Source: Octopus vulgaris
Lineage: Eukaryota
Direction: 5' to 3'
Length of the DNA stretch: 64,000 bases
Assembly: GCA_951406725.2 (NCBI GenBank)
Contig: OX597818.1
Coordinates: 135,470,001 to 135,534,000, forward strand
The notes under the pieces are model-generated. The model made no database searches and had not been told where the DNA came from. It saw only the letters and a program-made list of their open reading frames with translations. This document shows positions 38,887 through 51,310 of the stretch, one piece after another (the stretch's first letter is position 1; each line of letters opens with the position of its first letter). A program made the translations under genes and the position numbers.

Positions 38887-39539
38887 CTAAGAACAATAAG
38901 ATTAGAATATGATGCATTTTGCCTAGCATAAAACAATTCTGACAATTTCTTGCCATAGACGAGGCTTTCAAAATTTTGGCACAAGACCCAACTAATTCAG
39001 GGGTGGAGGTTCAATTACATAAACCTCTGTACTTGGCTGGAACTTATTTCATCAATCCTGAAAGGATGAAGCTCGGCAGGATTTCAACTGGATGTAAAAG
39101 CCAGAAGAAATGTTAAGCATTTTGTTCGGTGTGCAAACAATTCTGCTAGCTTGCCACCTTCGTTATAAGAATAGTTTCTAATTTAGGCATAAGGCCAACA
39201 GTTGAAGTCGTTGTCATGGCAGATGCCAGTGCCACTTGACTGGCTCCCGTGCCAGTAGCACGTAAAAAGCACCATTCAAACGTGGTCGATGCCAGTACCG
39301 CTTGACGCCCTCGTGCCGATGGCACGTAAAAAGCACCCGCTACACTCTTGTAGTGGTTGGCGTTAGGAAGGAACCTTGCCAGGTCAGATTGGAGCCTGGT
39401 TACAGCCTTCTGGCTTGCCAGTCCTGTCAAACTGTCCAACACATGCCAACATGGAAAGCGTAAGTTAAATTATGATTATATCAACCCTAGTAGGATGAAC
39501 GATGGAACAGGAACAAATACCACAAGGCATTTTCCCCTT

Positions 39540-39970
39540 ATTGAGGGGCCCTTTGTTACTTCCACTGGCAAGAAAGGGCCTCTCAGAGTGAAATGCAGAT
39601 TGTATGACGCCTGTGTGCGAACAGCTATGCTACATGGCAGTGAAACACGAGCTGCGACAGCCGAGGACGTGCATAGGCTTTGAAAGAAATGAAGCCGGTA
39701 TGCTTCACTGGATGTGCAATGTCAGTGTGCATGTTTGATAGAGTCAGCATCTTGGGAAAAAGTTAGACAAGAGGCATCAGATGTGGTGTGCAAGAGAGAG
39801 AACTGCACTGGTATGGCCATGTGATGTGTATGAACAAGGACAGCTGTGTAAAGTCCCAGTCTCTAACCGTGAAAGAAACCAGAGGTAGAGGTAGATCCAG
39901 GAAGACATACAACAAAATAGTGAAATATGTTCTTCGAACTGAGTCACACAGAGGCAATGGATTATGACAG
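39540..39970 (+). mobile_element. RTE LINE RT C-terminal fragment
   Basis: RLYDACVRTAMLHGSET, same as the 57142-57351 ORF. Confidence 0.85.
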
Positions 39971-39975
39971 AGACC

Positions 39976-40085
39976 GGTCCCGGTGCGCGCACTCGCGCAT
40001 CCACGGTAGCTAGTCGTGACTAGTCGATCCTACAACGACTACCTAGCAAAGTAAATAAAACAACGCGAGTGGGCGCACCGGGACC
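39976..40085. mobile_element. GC-rich 110-bp MITE-like inverted repeat
   Basis: 22-bp TIRs GGTCCCGGTGCGCGCACTCGCG / CGCGAGTGGGCGCACCGGGACC. Confidence 0.7.
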
Positions 40086-40213
40086 ACTTTTCTTAAGTAG
40101 TACCAACTTAACTATACAGCGATGCTTGTATAAAAAAAATAAAACAATCGGCGGCAGCAGTAGTAGAGATGACTAGATTGTTAATTGATCTATGCATAGT
40201 GTTTGTGTGTGTG

Positions 40214-40970
40214 TACCAGGGGGTACAGAAATGTAACCGGAAACGTACTCAATGAGACAAGCCCGTGGTAGTTCAAGTTTCCACTTGATGCGACCTCCAA
40301 AGCAAAAATCTGCCAATCGGTGTCGGCGGCTGACGTCACAACTGCCACGTACTGAGCTTTCGTTTTGCAGTGCTTCTCCCTCCCCGTTTGTCGATTTTTC
40401 GCGATTACTGAAACGAAGGAACGGCGTACTTCCGTGAAATTGTTTTCTGATGGGGGAAAACGGAAGCAGAAAAACAAGATATGCTTCAAACAGCTTACAG
40501 AGACGCTGCCTGGTTTCCACGCTTTGGAAGTGATCACTTGTCACTTAAGACGAACGAAAACATGGACATTCAGGAAGTAATCTTGGCGGACTGTCACCGA
40601 CCAACTGACTAACTTAATATGACTGGTGTGTCCTGGAGCTCTTGTCAACGAATTCTGAGCGAGGAATTGCGAATGAAAAGAGTTGCAAAATTCTTGCCTC
40701 GCTTGCTCACAGAAGACAAGAAACAGTCATGACTGAATGCGTGTTGTGAACTGAAAGAACAGTTAGTAGTTGTTGATTCGGACCCCCTTTCGAAGGTCAT
40801 CACTGGTGACGAAAGCCGGTGCTACGGAATTTGCAGATGTGGAAGCAGTGAACAATAAAACGATGGAGGCGTTGAAAGGCATCACTTCGCAAGAGTTCCA
40901 GCACTGCTTCGAATAGTGGAAAACGCGTTTAGCCCGATGTATTGCTTCAAATGGAGAATGCTTTGAAGGC
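40214..40970 (+). mobile_element. Internally deleted mariner transposase remnant
   Basis: MLQTAYRD, AKFLPRLLTE, VITGDESRCY and FQHCFE*WKTR motifs. Confidence 0.75.
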
Positions 40971-41146
40971 GGGGTACCCCAAAGAAACCGAATTTTGCAA
41001 TATTTTATTTTGAAGGGTTCACCGGTGATCTAAACAAGGTACGCTGAGTAAGTGCTATAATTGGTCATCCGTTAGGTTCCAAGTTTCACGGTTGAGGCTG
41101 GAGCTAGGGATCCGTATTAGGCTTCCGAGTTAGCGGGTATATTATA

Positions 41147-41613
41147 AGGACAACAAAAACCAAGGCTGGATAGGTATCTCAAGTCATTTAGAAGTTTTAC
41201 AGCTGTTTGAGATATCCCAAGTGATAGGCTAGAGTGTCCCTACACTGGGTATACCGTCAGAGGCGAAGTGAGTACGTATGAAAGTTCTAGACAGAAAATT
41301 CAGTCCATAAAAGAAGGTAGATGGAATAAAGTTTGCAGCTCAGAGGGTATGGGGTTTGGGCCGTACTAAGTACCTATACCTTCACGGAAGTACGTACCAT
41401 TCTATCTACTACTTTATTCTTCTATTTTATTCATTATAAACTGAATTTCTCAGTCTAGAACCGTCTACGATGACGGAATGCCCAGTTTAGAGACATGCTA
41501 ACCTATCACTTGGGATATCCCAGAAACGGCTGTATGGCTTCAAATTCACATTACCCTAATTAAATTATTCTAAATGACTTGATATACACGTCCTGCCTTG
41601 GTTTTTGTTGTCC
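41147..41613. repeat. Diverged long inverted repeat (possible Penelope pLTR pair)
   Basis: Arms ~41147-41335 and ~41409-41613 are reverse complements (ggacaacaaaaaccaaggc / gccttggtttttgttgtcc). Confidence 0.7.
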
Positions 41614-44600
41614 AATCACTTACAAAACCTACAGTCCAATGTGAAGGGCATATTCTACTAGATTTGTGGTTTTTCTCAATAATAAACAGCATTTTCAATG
41701 TCCAGTGATATGGAACAAATACCGGCCCTAACGATCTATTTCCAATGACCCAATGCTGAAATTGTTAGGCATAGTGAGTCCTTGCATAGAATATAGAGCC
41801 GTTGTTTATTGAAGCTGGTCACATTCAATATAACCATTTACTCAATCGAGTTGGGGACTAACACCATCTGCAGTAATTACTATTCGTCTCAGTACCTCAT
41901 TAATAGACAGCAAGGACTTCTGTGAATGAAATCCTGCAATAGGTGTGAACATCAGTTTTTCATTTATTCTTTTACTTGTTTCAGTCATTTGATTACGGTC
42001 ATCCTGGAGCATCACCTTAAAATGTTTTAGTTGAAGAAATCGCACCCAGGACTTGTTCTTTGTAAGCCTAGCACTTATTCTATCGACCCTTGCCGAAACA
42101 CTAAGTTATGAAGACAAACACACCAGAATGGTTGTCAAACGATGGAGGGGATGGGGAACAAAAGTTTCCGTCAACCAAATCCACTCACAAGGCTTTGGTC
42201 GGCTCGAGGTTATAGTAGACACTTGCCCAAGGCGCCACTAGGTGGGACTGAATCCAGAACCATGTGGCTTACCTAGATTCTATGTGGTTCAGAAATCAGA
42301 TTACTGTTCGTTGTCAAGAAAGTACTAAACACAGTAAAGCAGCAAGTTCAGTCCTTAAATGGTAACTCAGAGGAAGCCAAATCATCTATTTGTACTACTA
42401 CCCAATTTCTACATTAACTTTGTAGTGTTTAGACGAGGATCTGATTCAACTGTTCTAGAGACATATTGGAAAGATCAAAACCATTTTTAACCTTATGATC
42501 AAAAATAAGCCATAAGTACAACTATATCAAAATATAGTATAAATATTACCACAAAATATTTCTGCAATCGGGATGGCTCAAAGTCTAACCAGTCAAATCA
42601 TTAGTTAAAACTGAATGACTAATATACTAGCAACACATTAAGGTTACAAGACGTATTGCATACAGAATTAACCTAAATGAAATACTGTGCGCTAGGAAGG
42701 GTAACTTACTGATAGGTTTTTAATGAGGCTAAACTAAGCAATCATTAGCCTACTACATAAGGACTTTGATAGGGATCCAAATATAAAGTAAGAACCAGCA
42801 AATGAGTGCACGAGTTTAAGGTCAATTGAGTGGAAGAACATTCTGCACCATCTTACGTGATACTTAGGGTTTTCAAAAGCAAACTTTATTAAAGACTTAA
42901 GTTTTAAGTAGGATAGATGACAATTGGTGGTAACAGTTTTTCTCCCTATCAGAGTTAAGGGCAGATTCTAGGACTTTTTTTTATTTTGTTAGAACTATGA
43001 TGCTGTATGGTAAGTGAAGTATATGCCTCAAATGCAGAGGACTTTAAAGCGCTGATCACAATGTGAAGGAAAGCTTGCAGAAGAGGGATAGCTTTCAAGA
43101 CAATAGGACAAAATAGTGAAGGCTGATTTACAAGACCGTAACCATACAAAGGTGACAAAAGACCAGTATAGCTGGTGCTATGTAATTGTCAAAATCTTCC
43201 ACATTGATGAAACAGATTTCTGGAAAAACACTGCATAACACCCCTCCCTCACTTCAACTTTTCACTGCTTACTACATGGGGTGGGGGAGGAAGGTACTTG
43301 TTATCTAGCATTCATTCTATACCACCTTCTCCATATCTTTTAGATTACCCAACTGTATCATCCAGCACCACACACTTTTACAACTCAATCATGTCATTTC
43401 TCACTCACCCATCCTAGCCTCCACTTTTTTTTTTTTACTGCTTTGCTTCTCTTCAACCACCCTACCACATCCCACTGCTGGTCATCTTGTCTTTTCTACC
43501 ACCCAACTCTTGCATCATTTACCCCCCCTCCCACAACCGTATCCAATTTCTACAGTCATCACCTACTTAACATGTGCTCTTTATATTCACTCATCCACTC
43601 CCTATCTCTAATCACTCTTCACACTTCCTGTTATCCTCACAAACTAGTCCTTATGGGATCTACTTGATACCTCATCACATATCTTTCCAACCCTAACTTG
43701 GTCATCCTCTTTTCTATGAGTAGCTTACGTAGCTTTTGTGGAACGCTGTTCTGACCCCGTTCTCCACACTAACCCCTCATCTCCAGAGAAGCCACTGACC
43801 TGTCTATTCTGGCCCCTCAAGAGGGATTTTAGTCTTGCTGGCTGCATACTGACCTCACTAAAGCTGGTACCACGAGAAGGGTGGGCACTCAGTACACGCT
43901 GTAAAGTGACTGGTATTAGGAAAGTTATCTAACTGTAGAAACCATGTCAAAGCAGACGCTGGAGCACAATGCAGTTTTTGGAACCATTGAATCCTGTTAA
44001 ACCATTCAACTTATGCAAGCATGGAATACAGACAAATGATTAAGGGAAAAAAGCAGGAAGAAATTCCATATAGTGTACTCACTATAAACTATGGACACAG
44101 AAGAAAGACTTCCTCCCGTCCCTCCCCTTTTTGGATACGGAGATTCCGGAAAATTGCCAAAAATCGGCATTTTGAAATTTCGGCCCCTTCCTCCTTAATT
44201 TCTTCAATTTTCACTTGTTTCCCCTAACCGTAACCCTAAAACCCCAACTGTACTGTAACTACAAAAATTTGGGGGAATTTTTTCATAATCATAATCTCCG
44301 TATTTTTCCGCATTTTTTTTTTTTTTTCATTTCTGGAAAAAAATTTACAAAATATTTTTCAGAATCATTTTATTTTTCCGCATTTTTTTTTTTTTTTTTG
44401 CGGGGGGATTTGAAAGAGTCCAGAATGAGGTGGGGAGGGCTAATTTCAAAATACCTATTTTTGTCCATTCGTATTCTCCGTGTAGAAAGTGTTTTTTGGT
44501 GGGTACAAACGAAGTCTTGTCGAGAAGAATAGTAGTTTACAGACAGACTAGTTAGTAAGAATTCACGTGAAAAATTTCTTCAAATACTCAGCTTTTGAAA

Positions 44601-45136
44601 GCATAATTGTCAGAGAAAGAAGAGGAGGACACATTTTCAAGAAGCCTATTTCTGATAGCGACTAATGACCTTTCAGACTGAAAGGAAAGTTATACTTGTG
44701 GTTTGGTATTACTGCATTGTAATAAAAATGTGGGCCCCGAATGCGAAATATTTGCTATGGTTCGAAACAATATGCATGGTTTGCTGAATGTGTAATGAAA
44801 GACAAATCAACTAAGAGAAAAACTGGTGATAAGAAGCAGACATGGACAAGAGCTGGTATAGGAATGTAATACATATGGAGGGTGGACGAAGTGGTGAAGC
44901 TCACGAAGCGTGAGGACTGTGACGGTTATGCACGCTAGCAAAACAAGTTATCGAAAATAATAAATTGTGAAGTAGGTTGGGACGTTTATGCTGTCATAGT
45001 CCTGTAAAGTCTCCACTTAATATGGTGATTTAGTGGTTACGATGCTACAACTCTTGAACAGGGTTGTGTGTTGTATTCAATCAATACCACCATGGAAAGC
45101 TAATGTAAAATGATGCATACACACGCATTATATTAT

Positions 45137-45416
45137 CACCGTGACCGACCAGACCATCAGATGTTGCTACACATCTCTGGTCACAATGCGTTTGCATTGT
45201 TTTAGCCTTCGAACGACGCCACCCCGCTGGCTAAGCGAGCAGGCCAACAGAAGAAAGAGTGGTGAAGAGTACAGCAGGGATCACCACCTCCTGTCGGAGC
45301 CTCGGAGCTTTTTAGGTGTTTTCGCTCAATAAACACACACAACGCCCGGTCTGGGAATCGAAACCGCGATCCCCCGACCGCGAGTCCGCTGCCCTAACCA
45401 CTGGGCCATTGCGCCT
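45137..45416 (-). mobile_element. SINE with family A head and a different 3' tail
   Basis: Head shared with family A; tail unrelated; TSD cgcattatattat. Confidence 0.85.
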
Positions 45417-47341
45417 GCGCGCATTATATTATAAAGGAAGTTAATTGATAGTCTTTAGAGCATAGAGTTTAAAACAAATCCTACTGGATATTCTGAGTCC
45501 AGCTTTTTAAGGTTGAAAGACAAGTTTTGTTATCTGTTCTAGCTCTGAGCAGTCTAACTAATGGCTGGACTGCAACAGGTTGGTGTGAAGCTGTATAGGC
45601 CCCCACATTAGCAGCTTTTCCTTTCGTGGCATAGGAACTTTCCATGCACGAGCTAATGCTTCTTCAAAAGATCTTGCCCAGGCCTGTCTGTCAATGTTGA
45701 CTGTGCAGAAGAAGCATAAGGGAACTGGACCGCCGGAGGTTCCAGATACACGATATATTCTTTTACTTGTCTCAGTCATTGGACAGTAGCCATGTTGAGA
45801 TATTGTGTTGATTTGTTGTAAGACTAGGTAAAATTACCCAAAAGTGTGGTACACAATTACAATTAATTAATTACATCTCATTTTTGTTGATCATTTTTGT
45901 TGATCCACTATATCATAGACATAAAAACGAAGTATGCACACACAAGGATCACCACCACCACTACTACATTCCATGCACCAATTTCACTAACAAAGCATTA
46001 GTGAGTCCAAGGCTATAGCAGAAGACGTTTACCCAAGTTACTTATACAGCGGTGCAGCAAAAACCATTTAGTTGCAAAGCAAACCACCTAACCAGAATGT
46101 ACACTATACACTCAACAATGAGTATACGACCATTTCTTGTTAACGAGGCGAAGAGCTAAGCCAAGCAGACACTGCCGTCTTTAACCTGACCTATCAAATA
46201 GGACACTTTTCAGTTCTAACGCAATATAGAATCATAGCATTTGGTACTGTGTAGACATGCAAGACCTATGTTTTCGCAAGCGGTTAAGACCAGCCTTAGA
46301 TCAAGTCACATTTCGAACATTTTAAGGAATTACTGCTATCTTCAGGGTTTCGTTTTCACATGTCTTAATGTATGAACGTTTCCAGCATATTTTATCTTTC
46401 CATAATGCTCTATCAACTGTAATTTCACTTTCTACATTAATACTGCTCTTCACATCTTTCCAATAAAATACATGATGCCCCCCCCCCCAACTTGATAAGC
46501 TAAGCTTGAAATTCTTGCTGAAAATGGGCTTAATGCCCCGTTTTGAAAAATAGATAATTTTATGTCATTGAGTCAATAATTGGTAATTTTCAGAAAGCTA
46601 ACCCTGCAACACTCTAGTCTATCTGCAATTCCATCAAGATTTGCATCTCTGGTTAACATACTGCTATGTTAGGATCCATTCGGGGGGGAAGGGGACATGA
46701 CGTTCACACACGAAACGGAATGGAGAAATTGCATTTTTCTTGTTCTGCAGATATTTAAAACATCGGAAGTTTCCAGAAAATAAATTCCGTGGTGGTTATC
46801 TCAAAACTGCACATGCACACATATGCGGAGAGGGGGAGAGGGAGAGAGAGAGACGTTGACAATTATATGGGTGAATGAGCGGGTGCGTGTTAGCCTTATT
46901 TATAAAGAGTTAATTAATTAGAGTAGTTTTTAGACAGGAACAATTTGCTGAAAAAGTTGTTTATTGCTTCAAGAAAGATGAAAATGAAAAGGAGGGAACG
47001 CAGCTGTTGGAAGTGGTTTAATCATAATTTACCCCACGATGGAGCCTTTTATGCGATTGCTTGGTCTGCAACAAATCACACCTTTATCTAAGCACAAGAG
47101 AAATTCTGAACGGCATCGAAAAGCCTTTTTATTACAAGCTGACCAGAACCCCTTTGGACAAAATATCCAGGATAATTTTTAAAAGAAAAATGAACATCTT
47201 AAAAAACTAACAAATAAAGAACACCCACAAAAAGTCAACTCTCTAAAATGTTCGGTCGAAGTTTATCACCTAGGCGACGTAATCAACATTGGTGGAAGTG
47301 GTTAATTAGACTGCAGTAAGACGATGACTACTTCACAGAAA

Positions 47342-47727
47342 TCTTTATATATAAAAGTGAAGTTGTGTGTCTGTCTCCTACGATTTAGATTCCTAACTAC
47401 TCCCACATTTTGCGGTGCAGTTTAACCAAAACCGGGTATCATAGTCGTGATTCATATCAAGCCCTTCTGGGTATTAGCGCACGTCTACGATGAGTCTACG
47501 ATTAAAAAAAAAAATTACCATCATTTTTCCCCCATTTTAATGCATTTTTTTCGCTATTATATAAGGGAAGTAACTCTCTAAAAATGTTTACGATGAGTCA
47601 ACGATTTAAAAAAAAAATTTACCATAATTTTTTTTCCATTTTAATGCATTTTTTTGGCTATAACTCTAAAAATGCTTATATAGTTATTTCCCTTACAAAC
47701 CCGAGCAACGCCGGGCGATACTGCTAT
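47342..47727 (+). mobile_element. Non-autonomous Helitron
   Basis: A|TCTTTATATATAAAAG start; 3' hairpin CCCGAGCAACGCCGGG followed by CTAT; internal duplication. Confidence 0.7.
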
Positions 47728-48394
47728 TACATTTATATAAATGGTCTGAGCCTATTTTTAAGGGAACCTTGTGTGAGCGAAGTATGTTCGCAGTTGTATT
47801 CTAAAAAAATTAGCCATGACAAAATTTGTTTTAATAGCCATACTACTACTGTATTAATATTTTCTTCCAATGCACTGAATATATTTAAAATAAACGCAAC
47901 ACGTCAGCAATGCACATTTTTTCAAAAGATGGGAACCTCGAAGTAAAAACCGCGTAACTGTTAATGAGGACCGACGGGCTTCTAAATATGCATAACTGAT
48001 ATAATAATCGATATATTTAAATGGAAACACATTTTCTATATTTCAAGACGTGCAAAGCCTTGCGAGTGGTTTTGGTAGACAAAAACGAAATACACACACA
48101 CACCTGTCGCACGCGCCTTTTGTCAAGACATCACGATAGTAATGAGTATCACCGTTGTACAAGCGGGGTTAGTTTCCAGTCTTCCGTGAAAGACACGCCC
48201 GACCATGGGGAAACATTACGGACGTGAAATCGATGATGAAACACGACATCTGCAAGAATGCAATTGTTTCTAGCATAGACTCAGGGTTTGCAATTTGAGG
48301 AAAAGAACCAGCCATTATTACTACTATTCGGCAACTAATACCGAAGGGACTTATGACCTCAACAGGATTTGAACTCAAAACGAAATGTACCGAA

Positions 48395-48490
48395 AGTAAT
48401 AAAATGAGTAACAAAAACGTAATAAAATTGAGTAACAAAAACGTAAGAAACTGAGTAACAAAAACGTAAGAAACTGAGTAACAAAAACAG
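48395..48490. repeat. 23-bp minisatellite, ~4 copies
   Basis: GAGTAACAAAAACGTAAGAAACT repeated. Confidence 0.85.
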
Positions 48491-51037
48491 GAATATTTTT
48501 TTCGGCAAATAAATTTAATTATTGTAATTAGGAATAAAAAACACATTAAGTAGAAATACTGCAATTAAAACAAAAATTATTTAATGAGCTGCAATCTACA
48601 CAATCCGGATTCAGCTTGCCGATTACAACAACCATCATTATTTACGTCACAAGCGACATTGAGGAAGAGACATGACAACCCATCCCTGCTACGTGCGGAT
48701 ACACACACAGCGACAAGAAACGCAGAAAACAGTCGCTCATTTTAAGTTTTTTATTTTTTCTTCTGCGCATGCAGAGGAAAAAAGGGAAGAGAAACGAGGC
48801 CGCCAGTTGGCACAGAGTCGTAAGAGCCGAAAGACAAATTGCGTTGTGGTTACAGTTCCCGGTTCAACGCTCCGACGTGAAACTTCTCCGTTCATCCTTT
48901 CGGGATCGACAAATAAAGTACAATTCCTGAAATAATTATTCTCTAACCTCCACTTTAAAAAAAAACAAAAACATACACACTATGGCGGTGCCCCAGCATG
49001 GCCACAGCTCAAGAGCTGAAACTGGAAAACAAACTATCTCCTTAGAAAATGGGCTTCACCAGGTCTAAGAATGGGTGGAGGTATAAAGGACATTGACCGC
49101 ACCCACTATCGTATTTTGTTCTTGCTTTTTTTCTACATAAACCCACTTTTTCGACTGCGGAGATTCCGAACTTGAAAAAAAAAAAAACCGCATTTCAAAA
49201 TTTCGGTTTGGCTGTTCTTTCTAGCTTGTCGGACTTTCCTGTTAGAGCGTATTTAGAAATTGAAGACTTTGAAAAACCCCAAAACAAGTTCTCAAAATGT
49301 CCCTATAACATGATAGTATAACATTGGAATAGCCTAAATGAATTAGTGAGAAATATTTTATTCTTTAAAAAGGTTCCAGTCATGTACAAAATGGTCAGTT
49401 ACGTCAGACAAATAATGTCTATCAGAAATCTATATCTGGATTCCGACCGACGTGTCGAATGCAAAAGAACTATTTGATTCTTCCAAATAACGATAATTAT
49501 CATGAATTTTATAAGGGCTTTGTTTTTATTTGAAAATAATGTTGAAACAGGGAATGACATATACGAAATGTTTATTTCCTGAAGATGAAATATTAATTTA
49601 TTTTCTACAACCAACAGTTCCCATAGATTCCTTTTTAAAGTACCTTCAAACAGGGGAGACCTGGTGGTAGTGTTAAGGTGGGTTAGCGGATTAAGTTTAC
49701 CCACTAAGTAAATATTCAGGACGTAGAATCGAACAAAATACTCAAGCGTATCAGGTTCGACGTTCTAACCGACCTTCACCAACCCACAGCTCTGGGTTGT
49801 ACGATTTTATCGACCTCTCAAAGGGCGATAGCAATGCTGACCTCGGTAGGATTTGAACTTAGTGCACCACCTAATCAAATATATATTAGCATAATTATTT
49901 TAATGTACGTAAGGGTTATTTTCCAGTGTTCATATCGATATATGAACCATTTTCATGTTTGAGCTCTCTGCTAAAATGTTTTGCACGCTTGCGTTACAAA
50001 ATACATTTCCGATATTATTTTTAGTAATTTATAATAATTAATGGTTCCTAATTTAGACTCAAGACCAGCAATTTTAATGGATAGCTAGATTGATACTCCG
50101 AGTGAAGATGAAAGACAAAGCTAACATCAGCGAGATTTAATCTCATTTTTGCCGACGCTCTAACGATTGTCATCTCACAGCCTAATCTGACTTGGTACTT
50201 TATTTTATCGACCCCGAAAGGAAGGGAATGTTTCCCTCAGCGGAGTTGGAGCTCAGAGCAGTTAAGAGCAAGAAACTGCCATTAAAATTTCATCCGATGT
50301 GTTGACGATTTGGCACTGTCATGATGATATTAGCTGCCAGAAGAGATTTTACTTGCCTCCCGGACGACGATGGATGAAGGGGACAATTGCAGCAAAGATA
50401 TTATAATGTGGGGAGTTTAAATGAATCGACTATCTAATTAGTCTTTATCTAATTAAAGAGATGTAATAAGTGATAATGAATCATGACGATGCAAGATCGT
50501 AATATCACCCTGAAGACCAAGGACAAATGAATGCCCTCTCTGTCTTACAAGCAGGTGTATTATACTCAAGACTCTCTCCCACCCGTTAATAAAATCACGT
50601 ACGGATAGCAGCACCTCCTCTCAAAGTGGACAAAGGGAAAAAAATGCCTGTCCTCAGCTTTTGCAAACATCTAGCACAACCTTTTTCACATACAGCCAAA
50701 CCGCCATAAAATTTTTTTTTAAATCACCCAAACCCTTGTCCGGGTAAAAAGGTGGTGAATGAACCGTTACTATAATCGAGATTGTAAATGGGGGGGGGGG
50801 GGACAATGTTTTATACAGACAACCCAGCAGTAAGTAGCCCACACCTGCCAGTCTCCCTACCCCTCCCCGTCAATGGTTGCCTGATTGAATGAAAGGCAAG
50901 GGTCGATATGGCCGGGCATCGACCAGAGAGAGAGCAGTTACAGACGTTGTTCAAAAAAGCTGAAATGGGAGGGAAAAAAAAACCCGCCGCCAATCTACCG
51001 CCCTTTTAACAGGTGGGATTGCATGGGTAATAGATTT

Positions 51038-51063
51038 ACACACACACACATGTACATATATAC

Positions 51064-51100
<37 letters not shown>

Positions 51101-51115
51101 AACCTGTATGTATGA

Positions 51116-51152
<37 letters not shown>

Positions 51153-51213
51153 TTCATAAACTTGTATGGTGTATATATATATATTTCATAAACCTGTATG
51201 TATGATGTGTGTG

Positions 51214-51244
<31 letters not shown>

Positions 51245-51310
51245 CATACATACATACACATCTATATATACACACACACACATCATACATACAGGTTTAT
51301 GAAATATTCA
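51038..51310. repeat. Compound (TG)/(TA) microsatellite with inverted units
   Basis: aaacctgtatgtatgatgtgt units occur in direct and inverted orientation. Confidence 0.85.

Noticed and set aside
48395-48490. Short direct repeats considered as a CRISPR-like array
   Set aside because: Head-to-tail minisatellite without unique spacers, in eukaryotic DNA with no cas genes
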